Shown here piece after piece: positions 14,342 to 27,290 of a stretch of DNA of 64,000 bases; the stretch's first letter is position 1; each line of letters opens with the position of its first letter. Both the position numbers and the translations under genes were made by a program. The stretch is taken from positions 8,370,001-8,434,000 of the forward strand of contig OZ286476.1 in NCBI GenBank assembly GCA_965644265.1. The letters run 5' to 3'. This stretch comes from Glycera tridactyla (taxonomy: Eukaryota). A model generated the notes under the pieces. The model did not search any database and was not told the DNA's origin. It worked only from the letters and a program-made list of their open reading frames with translations.

Positions 14342-16960
14342 GTGTCATGCTTTTTTCGAAGGCAAAATACCTCTATACATTCTTTCATCATTGAATGAAT
14401 AGAGTTGATGAATTATATATTGCATTTTGAGGACTGTGTTGAGAGAGTGGAAAACCATATTCACAAAGCAGGCCACAAACGATCTTGAGTGGCTACTCCA
14501 TTCTCGAACTACTAGATGAGAGCAGGTCACTGACTTGCTCGTGTGTTCAGTCAGCTATAAAAGCAAACGCTCTTCCCACACTCGTTATTGCATACCATCC
14601 ATTAGATGAAACAAACATCAGTCCCATTTTTGATAACCTCCATTTGCGGCTGCTGTGCACTGCAGTGGGGCACGCTTGAGTCTACAACAATAGCTATAGG
14701 CTGACTGGAAAATCTGGTTATAGTGAGCTGCGTATCATCCACTGGTACCGCCGCCCGAAGAATCTCAGAAATAGCCTAGTTCGAGCAAAACTCTCTACAC
14801 CACGCCCCCCAAAAATACAGGGAGGCCTGATCTGTGAGACCAGAAACGAATGCGATATGAAAAACTGTAGATATTGTGCAATTCTGCAAAAATCGGGGAG
14901 AATAACTAGCTCATTCACGGGCAGAAGTTTTTCGCCAGAAAAAATTTTACCTGCAAAAGTACAAATCTGGTATACTGTATTTCGTGTAAAAAATGCGAAA
15001 AATAGTATGTGGGACAAACAAAACTGAGATGCATGGACCGCTTTCAGGCCCACATAAATACCATCCAGTCGAGAGATCTCAAACAACAGACTGACATCAG
15101 CAGGCACTTCAATCTCCCAGGTCACATTGGCAGGAGGATATGAAGATTCATATTCTGGACTTTATTTATGCATTCCTGGATGAACCACATGCGGCCAAAT
15201 TGCGTGATGACACTGAATTCAGGTGGATTCACTGATTCAGAACACAGCTTCCCATGGGAATGAACACCATTGACAAGCTGAAAATATATATAAGGATAAG
15301 AGGAAAAAATAATAATGCAGAAAATCTTTCCATGGTTCGGGTCCACAGTTTGGGTTCCCAGGATGAGTGAGACAAAGAGGCAGACAACAATGCAAGAGGA
15401 AGGAAGAGCGCGAGATGAATAGGTGAAAATACACGTCATCTCCTAGCTCAATTCTACTGATCTCTGTCAAATCCAAATGTGGCGAGATTATCACACCTGA
15501 ATGGTTTTGCAGAAGTTTACATCATCATTGCATTACAGATCCAATGGGGATATTGCCGCCATCCTCACCGTGGAACCAGCATTAAATCAACATAATTGGT
15601 ATTTTATGGTGGAATATACAAGGAAACCTAGCCGAGTTCACATACTTAGTCACCAGAGATATCAAAAATGTCTGTCAGCGTGTTTTGTTTAAATGCGATG
15701 GGAATTCGCGATGCTAGAGCGATGAACGTTTTCACCAAGATTAAATTTGACAGACTCCATGAGTTATCCATTCCATTACAGTTGGCATAGGAAGCGCGAC
15801 AATGACTGACACACGACCGAGGAATCTGAATGATTTTTCTCGTTTAATACGGTCATCAATTTCAAACAATTCATTTGTCGCCGAGGATGAATGCCATAGA
15901 CGGAATTGTTTTGTGTTTAAGTTCTCTCGTTCAGGGTATGCATTTTGAATATCAGAACAATAGCAATCGACAAACTGGAATGATTCCTAGGATTGGACCT
16001 AGACTGCATTCTATACAGTTTTCAAATTACTCGGCAATTTATTTCATTACGCGGTTGGTTGAATCCTCCGACAGAAAGCTACCATTTCGTCCATTGCTAC
16101 TTAGAAGGGTTGTAGGTTTGTTTGACTGTTTCGACTGATTTCAGTTCACCACAGTGTTTTGTATGAAATTCAATCAACATGGTCTAAGTGACATTCCAGA
16201 GAAGTATGTTTTTCACCAGGAAATGAATCCAGAGGGGATGGCACTAGGATGTATAGTAACGGACCTTCTATCGTTGAAAGCTTCATTATAATGATGTGGG
16301 GCCCAAGGTTCCATGTGCAGATGTATAGGAAAGGGTGGAAATTAGAAGGGTTCAGGCACCACTCTGTTAAGATCAGAGAGGGGCTACAGGCCTGATCCTG
16401 ACAATGGAGCGCCCACCTGACAGGAAATGTCGAAGGAAGGCAATGTATTATCTATATTATCCACGAGAAGATGTCCTTGTATGCCCTTATATCAAACCAG
16501 GACGCAATGACCCTTGAATCGTCCCCTGGATGAAATTCGCGTGGAACCCTCTTTGAATTTCGTGAAATAGCATCATCGCACAATCTAGTTGAACATCTTC
16601 AAGTACTATGATGATCATGAATATCAATTTCAGGCATCGCTGTAAGGCTTGCGTGTCAGTTCACAACCAGTTACATAGCGAGATATGCCACCAACAGGTT
16701 CATCCGCTATTTGTCACGTATGTAGAGGTGTATCTGAACTGACGGCTACTCGCCCTTGACGACCTCTTATTTCTCTCATCATGTATCCAGAGTTCGCGAG
16801 AAAGCTGGCACTTGCCATGAATCCGGAATCTAGAGCATAATAATATGCGCTGATACCTGTCATCAAGGTCCGATCAACCAATCAATTATCCCTGACTGCG
16901 ACCTGGAAATTTGAGATAGCCGCCTCTGTATCATTTCTGCCCTGAGAAGACTCTTTTTCA
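11700..16960 (+). repeat. Segmental repeat, copy B, starting with ~1.7 units of the 76-bp minisatellite
   Basis: 76-bp unit at ~11700-11830 followed by the same flank as at 1180; colinear with copy A, and with copy C through the Penelope fragment to ~16960 (matches ~28970). Confidence 0.8.
14733..15290 (+). pseudogene. Penelope-like element 3' fragment, GIY-YIG endonuclease (frameshifted)
   Basis: YRRPKNLRNSLVRAKL, CDMKNCRYC, YVGQTKLRCMDR..AH, SRHFNLPGH, RWIH...PMGMN; paralogue of 26727-27290. Confidence 0.8.
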
Positions 16961-19813
16961 TGGTCAAGGTTGATTGCTCAGGAACTCGAGTGTATACGCA
17001 TTGAAACCTGGACAAACGGACGCAAAAACATAACGTAGAGACACACATTCACCGCTAAATGAAGTCATTCACCCACACAGATTCATGGCAAAAATATACT
17101 GCCTCTTCGGTTTTGACGCCGAAAGTGCACGGATAGAGATTCGGAATGATCCACAGGTTCCGAAATTAGACCACACCGCAACTATTTCGTCAGAATTATA
17201 TGCACGAGAAAAATTAGGTATCTGCTCCCTGTACATGACATCAACTGTCTTGAGCGAGTAAAGTTGATACTACTTCTGATCGAGGGGATGGTTGGTTTCT
17301 TGGTTGGTTGACTGTTGTTTAACGTCAGGTCAGCACCATCGGTGCTATATTGTGACGACCACGCAATTGGCATGAGTGGGACCTTCAAAACATCCTCTTC
17401 TTGGTCCCAACTGAAAGGTAGAAATTGGTTAAATTCACGGACACTCAAGGTGGCCATTTTGAGGATCCATGAATCAATTGATCATGATCCCTAATTTGTC
17501 TCATAGAGAACCATGAGTTGAATATTTGAAGATCTCATTCCGAATATTGGAGACCCATATTTGATATATGCACAACCATGGATGATACACGGTACTTCTC
17601 AGAATATAGTAAGACGACATTGGTGTGTGAGATCCGCGTTATTCCCTACGAGGTTGGTTCCATCTCACTTTTCTCACATGGCTATTTCTGATTTATTGCA
17701 AGAAACGAACCTTACTCATCCCCTGCGTCAGTTGCGCACAGATGCACCGACGTGCGTTCGGTTTGTTTACCTGACCCGCGTTCGCCGGCTGGCGTTACTG
17801 CAGGGTAACTTCACCATAGCAACGATTGTATCAGTATGAGTGACGTGACGTTACAATGCACAGGATGCACCGGCAGCCAGGAGTGTGAGATTCATGTAAT
17901 GTCACACATCCCCAATCTCACAATCATAATGACGAAGTCATGTGAGAACATCAAAAGATTGAGGTCGCAAAATGACGGATTCACCGATCTTGATGGATAT
18001 TTCAGGTTTGCCATATCTCAATTAGGGAACACCTTTTATCATTCACGAATATTGCAAAATAAATATCGTTCCAAAATGTGTTCATCGCGAATCCTTCTTC
18101 AGTCACTGATTTGCATTTCATATATCAGGGTCGATGTTCTAAATTTAAACATATTGCCCATTTTTCTGATAGCTAATGTGGATACCCACATACACATTCT
18201 CATGCATATCATGCGCTGTCCCCATCAGTACTCAACTCTTCAGCCAACTTTCAAAATCTAATAGAACTATGTTAGACTTATATTTTAGAAACGTTTGTAT
18301 CAAGAGATGAACAGTTATACCAAATCGGATTGCTTGTAGAGAAGATTCCACCATTAGAAAACCAATCTGTGGGAGGGATGCAAAGAGCAGACAGTTGTAG
18401 GAATCTATTATCCTGCGCACCATGATCCGTCTTATAGCAGCCACTTCTGGCACAAACATACAAAAGCTCATTTCGAACTATGAAATCTTCGAACTATGAA
18501 ATCTTCGAACATCGTTTATTTCATGTAGGACAGAGCAGAGTGACCCGAATAAATCCAAAGAAAATATCAGCTTCTGAAGAAGAGAAAAGGTGAATTTCAC
18601 ATCAGCGTCGTATGCTAGGGTATATCATGTCTTGCTTGCAATTTGCGAAACCTCAGAGTCCTCTGCAACAAATAGAAAGTCTAAGATAGGATAACCACCC
18701 CTAGGCTCATCATCGTAGTCAATACATAAAAGGTCATTGTCCTCGAACGTGTTACAGAAGACACAATCACCTCTCTAAATATTTATCTTCCAGCAACCTA
18801 GAAGAAAAGTTTCACGAATCACACAATCTGTGTCACACCTACGTGGACATGAATAATCAAGGCTCATCTTAGTCCTTGGAGAATAGGTTCAATTAAAGAG
18901 AGCACTCTGCTTGCATACCTGATGAGTTCTGTTTCCGTATAGGCATCGAATACTTGATCAATCTGTAGTGACATGAAGCTGGATCAGATTACGGAGCTGA
19001 AAAAAAAGGACCAAAATAACAGCAGCTGTTCGTTTCGATATTCTATTAGGCCACCCAAGGTCGAACAATCTTATTGCTGACTGGGGTATGTTTGTCAGTG
19101 GCTCAATGACATATATCGGACTCACTCGGACATTACCAGACTCTGAAAGTATTCATGCCTTTAAGAAGAGAATACATTCAACTACCTCAAATGTGAAGAG
19201 CACAGTCACAATGGAAACCTGAGCTTGAAATTGTCAATCACAAGTGTTGGTTCGTTATTGTCTGCGAATCGAAGATGGTCAGTGAATATCGACCGAAATC
19301 CTCAAGGTAATACTGTATGCCTACTTTCAACCTAGAGTCAAATTTACCGTCGAATATGTTAAAGAGTTTGTGAATCATGTTAGTGTACATTCTATTCTAC
19401 TACGTTCAGACTGTGCTACGAGTGTTTATTTGTGTATGATTTCTGTAACTCCGATGTTTGAAGGGAAGATTTTTTCCTGGATACACTTCCGACAATAAAG
19501 ATTTATGATGCCTTTATGAAACCATCATGAAGTAGCCTCAATAAGTATTCTGCCATCGCATGATGTCTGGACTGTCAGCTACTCCCACTCAATATACGTT
19601 CAGCTTCCCCATATCATCTTGTAATCGAGGTTTGTGTGAGTGATACCTGCAGGGGCGGAACATCTTGTTCTCACTCACCAGGAATTTAGGGCATATACGA
19701 AATCATCTTGGTTGATTTATCCCCTTCAACCAGAAATAGTCAGACGAACACAAAAGAAAAAGCCATCGCGAGATAAGTCAAAATATATATGGGATTGAAG
19801 CTTAGACATTTAT

Positions 19814-19929
19814 AACAAGAACGTATGCTGATCGAATGAAGTCACAATATTTCACGAGGTGGGACTACTTTCGGGCAGTCCCATCGAGTGGAATATTGCG
19901 ACTTCATTCGATAAGCATACGTTCTTGTT
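19814..19929. other. 116-bp fold-back hairpin (MITE-like or hairpin RNA)
   Basis: 53-bp arms 19814-19866 and 19877-19929 are reverse complements with 6 mismatches. Confidence 0.85.
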
Positions 19930-20204
19930 TTTATACCACAGGTAATCTTAGTAATGAAGCAATATCATGAAGAAATCAATTCCAAACAGCTTCTAATTGG
20001 TGAAGATTGGCGTGTCACGTTATGCGAAAGAGTACAGTAACAAAGATGGAGCCCCACGGGAAGCACTGTTACGTCACAATGAGTGGGTGTTACCCTGCTT
20101 ACGGTCGATTGTTACGTCATCAAGCGTCGCAAAGAACGCCGAAACGTAGACACGTACTTCTACGGGACATTATATAGGTCATTGATTCGGCACAGATTCT
20201 CAGA

Positions 20205-21543
20205 CGTACACGCATTATGTGAGTATGTATTCAGTCTGTGTAATCACAGAAATTTCACCGCTGTTTGTAAACATCGATTGACGAATGACTGCAATCAGAG
20301 GATGTAGCTATCGTGGAGACTTGTTAATTTTATTTAGGATAAGCAATGTCAGCTCCCTGCTACACATCAACGTCACGTAATGTAAAGCTATCATTCACGC
20401 AAGGTGTTAACTCCCATGACAGGGTGTTTAGAATCTGGCATGACGCCACTCTGACGTATGAGCTCTGTTCACCATTTTCAGTTTGTATATTCCCACATTC
20501 AGGTAAATCCATTATTTGTCCTGAGAGACAAGACTGAGTGATGCTGTAGACTACTTGTACAAATGATTGATTTCACCACACATTGAATGGCAGATAAGTC
20601 ACGTGTCTGCAGAACATATTTTGCCACTCAGTTCCTTGATCTTCCGCTTCATTTGATCTTCAGAAGTACCACTGCCTAAATCAACATTTTTGACTGGGTT
20701 TGAACATGACTATCTCTCTTGAACAAGAGGACCAACTTCGGTGCATTGCTCGTCAATGCCATTTGACTGTTGAAGGTATAATCATCATCATTATCATCAT
20801 TATGATTATCATAATTATTATTATTTTAATTATCATTATCATTTGAATCATCATTATTATCATTATTATTATCATTATTTTTATCATCATCATCTTTATC
20901 ATCAATTATCATTATTGGATGAGTATCTGAATCTTCCATCTCCTTTCATTTTCAGGATCATCAATGCTTAGGATTAATAATTTCGATATGATTTTCCCTT
21001 GAATGACTTCAAATATGACTAGTTCTTCCCCGAACAGGAGGAACAACTTCAATGCATTGCCTGTCAATGTCGTTTGACTGTTGAACGAAAACTGTTGGTG
21101 AGAAACTGACAAGTTTCCCCTCGCAATGACGTTGCCTTGTTTAACGGATAGTTATATGTATTAGGTATTGAAACACGTTGAATACGGAATTCAACAATTT
21201 GTGTCATGAAAGGCTTTACAATAATACAAAAGCATCTTCCGGTCTGGAATGACCCATGGGTTGTCAAGAGGATGTTGAACAACATCAATCGATCCATTTC
21301 TGCTGATAACATTTACTGGCAGCTTCCAAATGTGAAGCCATTATTGTACATCACCGTCACTGATTTTTCAAGAGGGCCGCACCAAAAAGCAAAGGAATCA
21401 CGAGGTGAATATAATAATGGGGAAATGATAAAGGTATTAGGATTACATGCACATGCGGTAGCCTCAGTGTATTCTATTTCCTGTGTGCCTGTGTCACAAA
21501 ATACGTGTACATAGGTGTCACATATGTTCTGTATCAGCTTCAG
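20205..21543 (-). repeat. Inverted partial copy of the segmental repeat (corresponds to ~4250-5560)
   Basis: Reverse complements of GGAACTGAGTGGCAAAA, CGATAGCTACATCCTCTGATTGC and CTGAAGCTGATAC occur in inverted order. Confidence 0.85.
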
Positions 21544-22689
21544 CTCTCTTTTCAGTCGCTCTCTTCACTGCGTCACTATTTTTTCATGATATGGTCGCTA
21601 TCATTCTTATATCGTCCATAGCAAATGGACTGTGAGGAATACATTGAAGATGTATGGGTGGTCACATTGATGGCATTCATCTTCGTCAAGAAATGGATTG
21701 TTTGCAATTGATGACTCAGTGTTATGAGAAAAACTATTCCTTTCCTTTCCTCGAGCAATAATTTATATTGGGACAAGAATGGGTGAGTTGCAATTACCCC
21801 CCTTCCCCCTTCTATCTCTCACACACACTCTCTACACCTCCAAGTCTTTCTCTTTTAACGTTTCCTCATCTTTCTCAATGTTTTTCACTTTTCTACCTGC
21901 CTCTTATGACCTATTTCCTTCCGTTTCTGACCCNNNNNNNNNNNNNNNNNNNNNNNNNNNNNNNNNNNNNNNNNNNNNNNNNNNNNNNNNNNNNNNNNNN
22001 NNNNNNNNNNNNNNNNNNNNNNNNNNNNNNNNNNNNNNNNNNNNNNNNNNNNNNNNNNNNNNNNNNNNNNNNNNNNNNNNNNNNTCCCCTCCCCAGTCTC
22101 CGCTTGAAGCATGCTGTCTCTCTCACTGTCCCCCTTTCTCATTTTCCCTTTCTCATCTTTCCCTACTCTATTTCGTTCTCTTTTTCCTCTCAATTCCTTT
22201 CGGTAACTCTCTCTCCCTTTTCTTGCTGTCCCCCTGCATCTCCTCATATAAGAGAACCATCAAACAATCTATCCGGGATTTGTCAAGCATTCTTCCGTAT
22301 GATTATTTCAGTTTTGGTGATACAAAAATGAGATTGAAGGGGTTGAAGAGATTTCAGCGTTGATGAATTCTAGTTGTCAGGAATGAATTGAGTCTCAATA
22401 TCATTCTCCTCGATGTAAATTCAGTTAGCTTGGATATCATCCGTTCACCAGTGAATGACTAATCTAGAATAGATAACGTTCTCGGGAATCACATCAGTTT
22501 TAGAGGACAAACCAATATAAATTTCCGCTAGAGATTGATCTGTATACTAAAAGAAAAAAAACGTGGTTACGTTTGACTGTTCGATCATTGTCGTCATGCT
22601 GGAGTTTGAATGATGTCATTATCTGCAGCAAACCATATGAGTTACCGATGCTGATGTTGTCCTGCCCTTTACCCATGGAATAACAACAG

Positions 22690-23265
22690 TTTTTTTTTCA
22701 TTTCTTTATTTACTCTCGGTAGCAGCCTGATATCTGAAAACTAGATACACTCGAGGCTGTGGAGAACAATTAACATATATACAATATACAATATCAAATA
22801 TACAATATATACAACATCAATGGAAATAGCAGATACATGTAGAGTGAAGATATGACATGACTTGACGTGTTTTATTACTGGTGCAAACGGCTCAGGGCAG
22901 GGGGAGAGATTTACATTATAGGTTGTTTAACTTGTCTATTTCTGTTCGTCTTAGTGTATTACGGACAGTCTTTATACAGTTAGTGTTTTTGTGTTCGTTA
23001 TCTAGGCAGTTCCAGAGATGACTTCCTTGAATGAAAATGTTTTTTTTGCTGGTCTCACATCGTAAACGGGGTATGTCGATACGGCTTTCAAGTGACTGTC
23101 TGGTCCTGATGTGGGTCGCTTTCTTTATTATAATACGGTTTGCTATCAATGGCGGCGCTTGTCTAGTCGATATCTTGTGGATTTCTATGGTTGATCTTAT
23201 GTTTCTTTGGCTTTGTAAGTATAGTATACCAGTACTCTTGTGGATGTATGCGCTCGGTGTAAGTC
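22690..23265 (-). mobile_element. LINE (L2/CR1-type) 3' terminal fragment
   Basis: ORF 22916-23149 HIRTRQ...IDIPRLRCETSKKNIFIQGSHLWNCL is a typical LINE ORF2 C-terminus; AATAAA and A-run at the 3' end; absent from the paralogous site near 9860-9890. Confidence 0.7.
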
Positions 23266-26209
23266 GCCCTACTCGATCCCAAGAAACAGAATTTATATAG
23301 CATTACAATTTTTTCCTGAAACGATATAGACTGTCAGTGGACATATTCTTCCAGTCCTTTACAAACATGCTGATGTCGTCCTGTCCTTTACTCATAGAAA
23401 CACCACATACTAGATCCCAAGAAACAGAATCTATATAGCATTCAGTACTTTCCCGAAAAATTATAAAATGTCATTGGACATATTCTTCCAGTACTTTATT
23501 AGTGTACCTGAAAGTGTCTGCAGTGATTAAATGAAGGTTTGTCTGTCTGTCTGTCTGTCTGTCGTAGCTTTATCATAATTGGCATGTAATTGTGTGAATC
23601 TGAGATATAAACTGTTCAGAGGCAGATGTGCAGGTTGGTACATGTCAATAGGTATAAAAGATTCATGAAGCCTATGGAGCCTCATGAACTCGGAGAATGA
23701 CAGGTAGCAGCTGTACCTGACATCAACTGTCTTGAGCAAGTGGAGTTGATACTACATCGGATCGAGGGGGTGATTTGTTGGTTGGTTGGTTGATTGGTTG
23801 GTTAGTTCTTGTTCAACGTCACGTAAGCACCATCTGAATTTATATAGCATCACAGTACTTTCCGGAAAAGTTATAAACTGTCAGTGGACATATTCTTCCA
23901 GTCCTTAACAAACATGCTGATATTTGCCGTCTGTGCTGCTTCCGGTATAGTTCATCTGTATGGTTTGCCTTTGCTCGGAACCTGCTCTACTAGAACACAA
24001 AGACCTTCCCCGACCTATTTCACGTGGCACATCTCCTAATCCAACGTCTGTAAACGTCAGTAATCACATGCCGAAGCCTCACCTGTATCAATACAAAACA
24101 GCATCTATCTGATATCAATACAAATTACCGACTCTTGTGATCTCAAGGAGCAGTGCCCGAGTAAATTCTAACTAGCATTTTTGCAATTATGTTCAATGTA
24201 TTCCTCAAATGCTTATATTTCACTCTGGTCATCTTACTCGAACACTAAGAATTATCAGTGTAACTGAATGTGTCTGCAGTGATCGAATAAAAGGTTGTCT
24301 GTCTCTCTGTCTGTCTGTCTGTCTGATGGGTGGGCGCTGTTGAGAGGCTGGGAGTATGAGCAGGAGGCGTTTTTGAGGCTCTGCATAGCTGACAGTATAG
24401 ACGATTTTTCCAAATGTATCAGGCGATACCAAATGTATCCAATGATGGCATATTTGGATTCTGACAAATCCGAAACTGACGGGTATCTATTCACCATTTC
24501 TCATCCGATTTAAGTTTGCATGACACGTCTATCATTGAAAGAACTTGTCTATGACCAAACTTTTTTTCCAGATAATCTGCTTATAATGAAAATGTCACGT
24601 CATCGGCGGATTATCCCTTCTGTAATGATAGGGATACGATAGCGGCTCCCTCTATCAACGCAAAATAAATCCACATATCTGAGGTACTGGGATGGATATT
24701 CACATGTGGACTTCGCCGTGATCGCATTTTCGTCACCAGAGATGTAACCAAAGTATATCAATAAGTTGCATTTCAATCGAGCATCGATTTCCGAAGAATG
24801 AAACAAACATGAGTGTCGGGTGAAGAATTTGTGCAATTGAGTTTTCTCGGAGAACATGGGTAATTGAACATTTGTTAACCTGGTCGAAGGTTAAAATCGG
24901 ATGATTTCTGAAAATTTGATTTGTACATTTCGATGGTGTGTTGTGACACGCAGTTACATTCTGGGATGAATGTTGGATGGTCGCGCTGATCTTGCCACAA
25001 GAGAATAAGCAAGGCAAATTATCTAAAAATCGCAAGGGTCACATACGGACGTGACAGACCAACAGTAAACTACCTGGAAGCGTGGTGACAGATGATGACT
25101 GATGTTTTGTGTTACACCTGGCAGCAATTTCCTGAAGCTGATACAAAACATGTGCGTCACCTATGTACACGTATTGTGTGACACAGGCACACAGGAAATA
25201 GAATACACTGAGGCTACCTTATGTGCATGTAATCCTGATACCTTTATCATTTCCCCATTATTATATTCACCTCGTGATTTCTTTTGGGTGCGGCCATCTT
25301 GGAAAATCAGCGACAGTGATGTACAATACTAGCTTCACATTGAGAAGCTGCCAGTAGATATAATCGCCGGATATCGATAGATTGATGTTGTTCAACATCC
25401 TCTCGACAACCCATGGGTCATTCCAGACAGGCAGGTACTTTTGTATCAATGTAAAGCCTTTCATGACACAAATTGTTGTATTCCGTATTCAACGTGTTTC
25501 AATAACAACGACATATAAGTATCCGTTGAACAAGGGGACGTTATTGCGAGGGGAACAAATCAGCACATTCGAACAGTATACCTTCAACAGTCGAATGGCA
25601 TTGACAAGCAATGCACCGAAGTTGGCCCTCTTGTTCAAGAAGATAGTCATGTTCAAACAAATTCAAGTCATCTTGTCAAAAATGTTAATTTGAGCAGTGG
25701 TACTTCGGAAAGTGAAATGAGGTGGAAGATCAAGGAATTCGTTTATTGATGGCGGGGGCTTTTATTAATGCCAGGAACTGAGTGGCAAAATATGTTGTGC
25801 AGACACGTGCCTTGTCTGACATTCACTGTGTGGTAAAATCAATCAGTTGTGCAAGGAACCTACAGCATCACTCACTCTTGTCTCTTGGGACAAATGAGAT
25901 GGATGTGCCTGAAGGTGGGAATATACAAACTTGAAATGTAGAACAGAGCTCATACGTCAGAGTGGAGTCATGTCTGATTTTGAAGAGCCTGTCATGGGAG
26001 TTGACACCATTGCGTGAATGATAGCTTTACATTACGTGACGTGGATGTGAAGCAAGGAGCTGACATTGCTTATCCTAAATGAAATCAACAAGTCGCTAGG
26101 ATAGCTACATCCTCTGATTGCAGCCATTCATAACCGATGTTCACAGACAGCGATGATATTTCTTCGATCAGACACCCTGAATACAGACTCAAATACGTGC
26201 GTGACGTGT

Positions 26210-26266
26210 GATGATGATGATGATGAATATGCTGAATATGCTGAATATGATGATGATGATGATGAC

Positions 26267-26335
<69 letters not shown>
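26210..26335. repeat. (GAT)n microsatellite (paralogue at 14240-14340)
   Basis: Direct reading. Confidence 0.95.
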
Positions 26336-26339
<4 letters not shown>

Positions 26340-26726
26340 TCATGCTTTTTTTAAAGGCAAAATACCTCTATACACTCGGTCATCATTGAATGAATAGAGT
26401 TGATGAATGATATATTGCATCTTGAGGACTGTGTTGAGAGAGTGGAAAATCATATTCACAAAGCAGGCCAGAAAAGAGCTTGAGTGGCTACTACATTCTC
26501 GAACTACTAGATGAAAGCAGGTCACTAACTTGCTCGTGTGTTCAGTCAGCTATAAAAGCAATCGCTATTCCCACACTCGTTATGGCATACCATCCATTAG
26601 ATAAAATAAACACCAGTCCCATTTCTGATAACCTCCATTTGCAGCTGCTGTGCACTGCAGCGGAGCACGCTTGAGTCTACAACAACAGCTAGGCTGACTG
26701 GAGAATCCGGTTATAGTGAGCTGCGT

Positions 26727-27290
26727 ATCATCCACTGGTACCGCCGCCCTAAGAATCTGAGGAAAAGGCTAGTTCGAGCAAAACTCTCTACACCACGCCC
26801 CCCTCCCCCCCGAAAATACAGGAAGGCCTGAACTGTGAGACCAGAAACAAATGCAATATGAAGAACTGTAGATATTGTGCAATTCTGGGAAAATCTGGGA
26901 GAATAACTAGCTCATTCACGGGCAGAATTTTTTTCGCTAGAAAAAATGTTACCTGCAAAAGTACAAATCTGATATACTGTATTCCGTGTAAAAAATGCAA
27001 AAAACAGTATGTGGGACAAACAAAACTGAGATGCATGGATCGCCTTCAGGCCCACATAAATACCATCCAGTCAAAAGATCTCAAACAACAGACTGACATC
27101 AGCAGGCACTTCAATCTCCCAGGTCACATTGGCAGGAGGATGTGAAGATTCATATTATGGACTTTATGCATTCCTAGATGAACCACATGCGGCCAAACTG
27201 CGTGATGACACTGAATTCAGGTGGATTCACTGATTCAGAACACAGCTTCTAGAACACAGATTCCCATGGGAATAAACACCATTGACAAGC
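26727..27290 (+). pseudogene. Penelope-like element 3' fragment, GIY-YIG endonuclease
   Basis: ORF 26858-27145: CRYC..., TCKSTNLIYCIPCKKCKKQYVGQTKLRCMDRLQAH...SRHFNLPGH, preceded by YRRPKNLRKRLVRAKL, typical of the Penelope/Neptune EN domain; no RT part and broken frames downstream. Confidence 0.85.

Noticed and set aside
14700-15400. Hammerhead ribozyme associated with Penelope repeats
   Set aside because: No CTGANGA...GAAA core with supporting stems found by eye.
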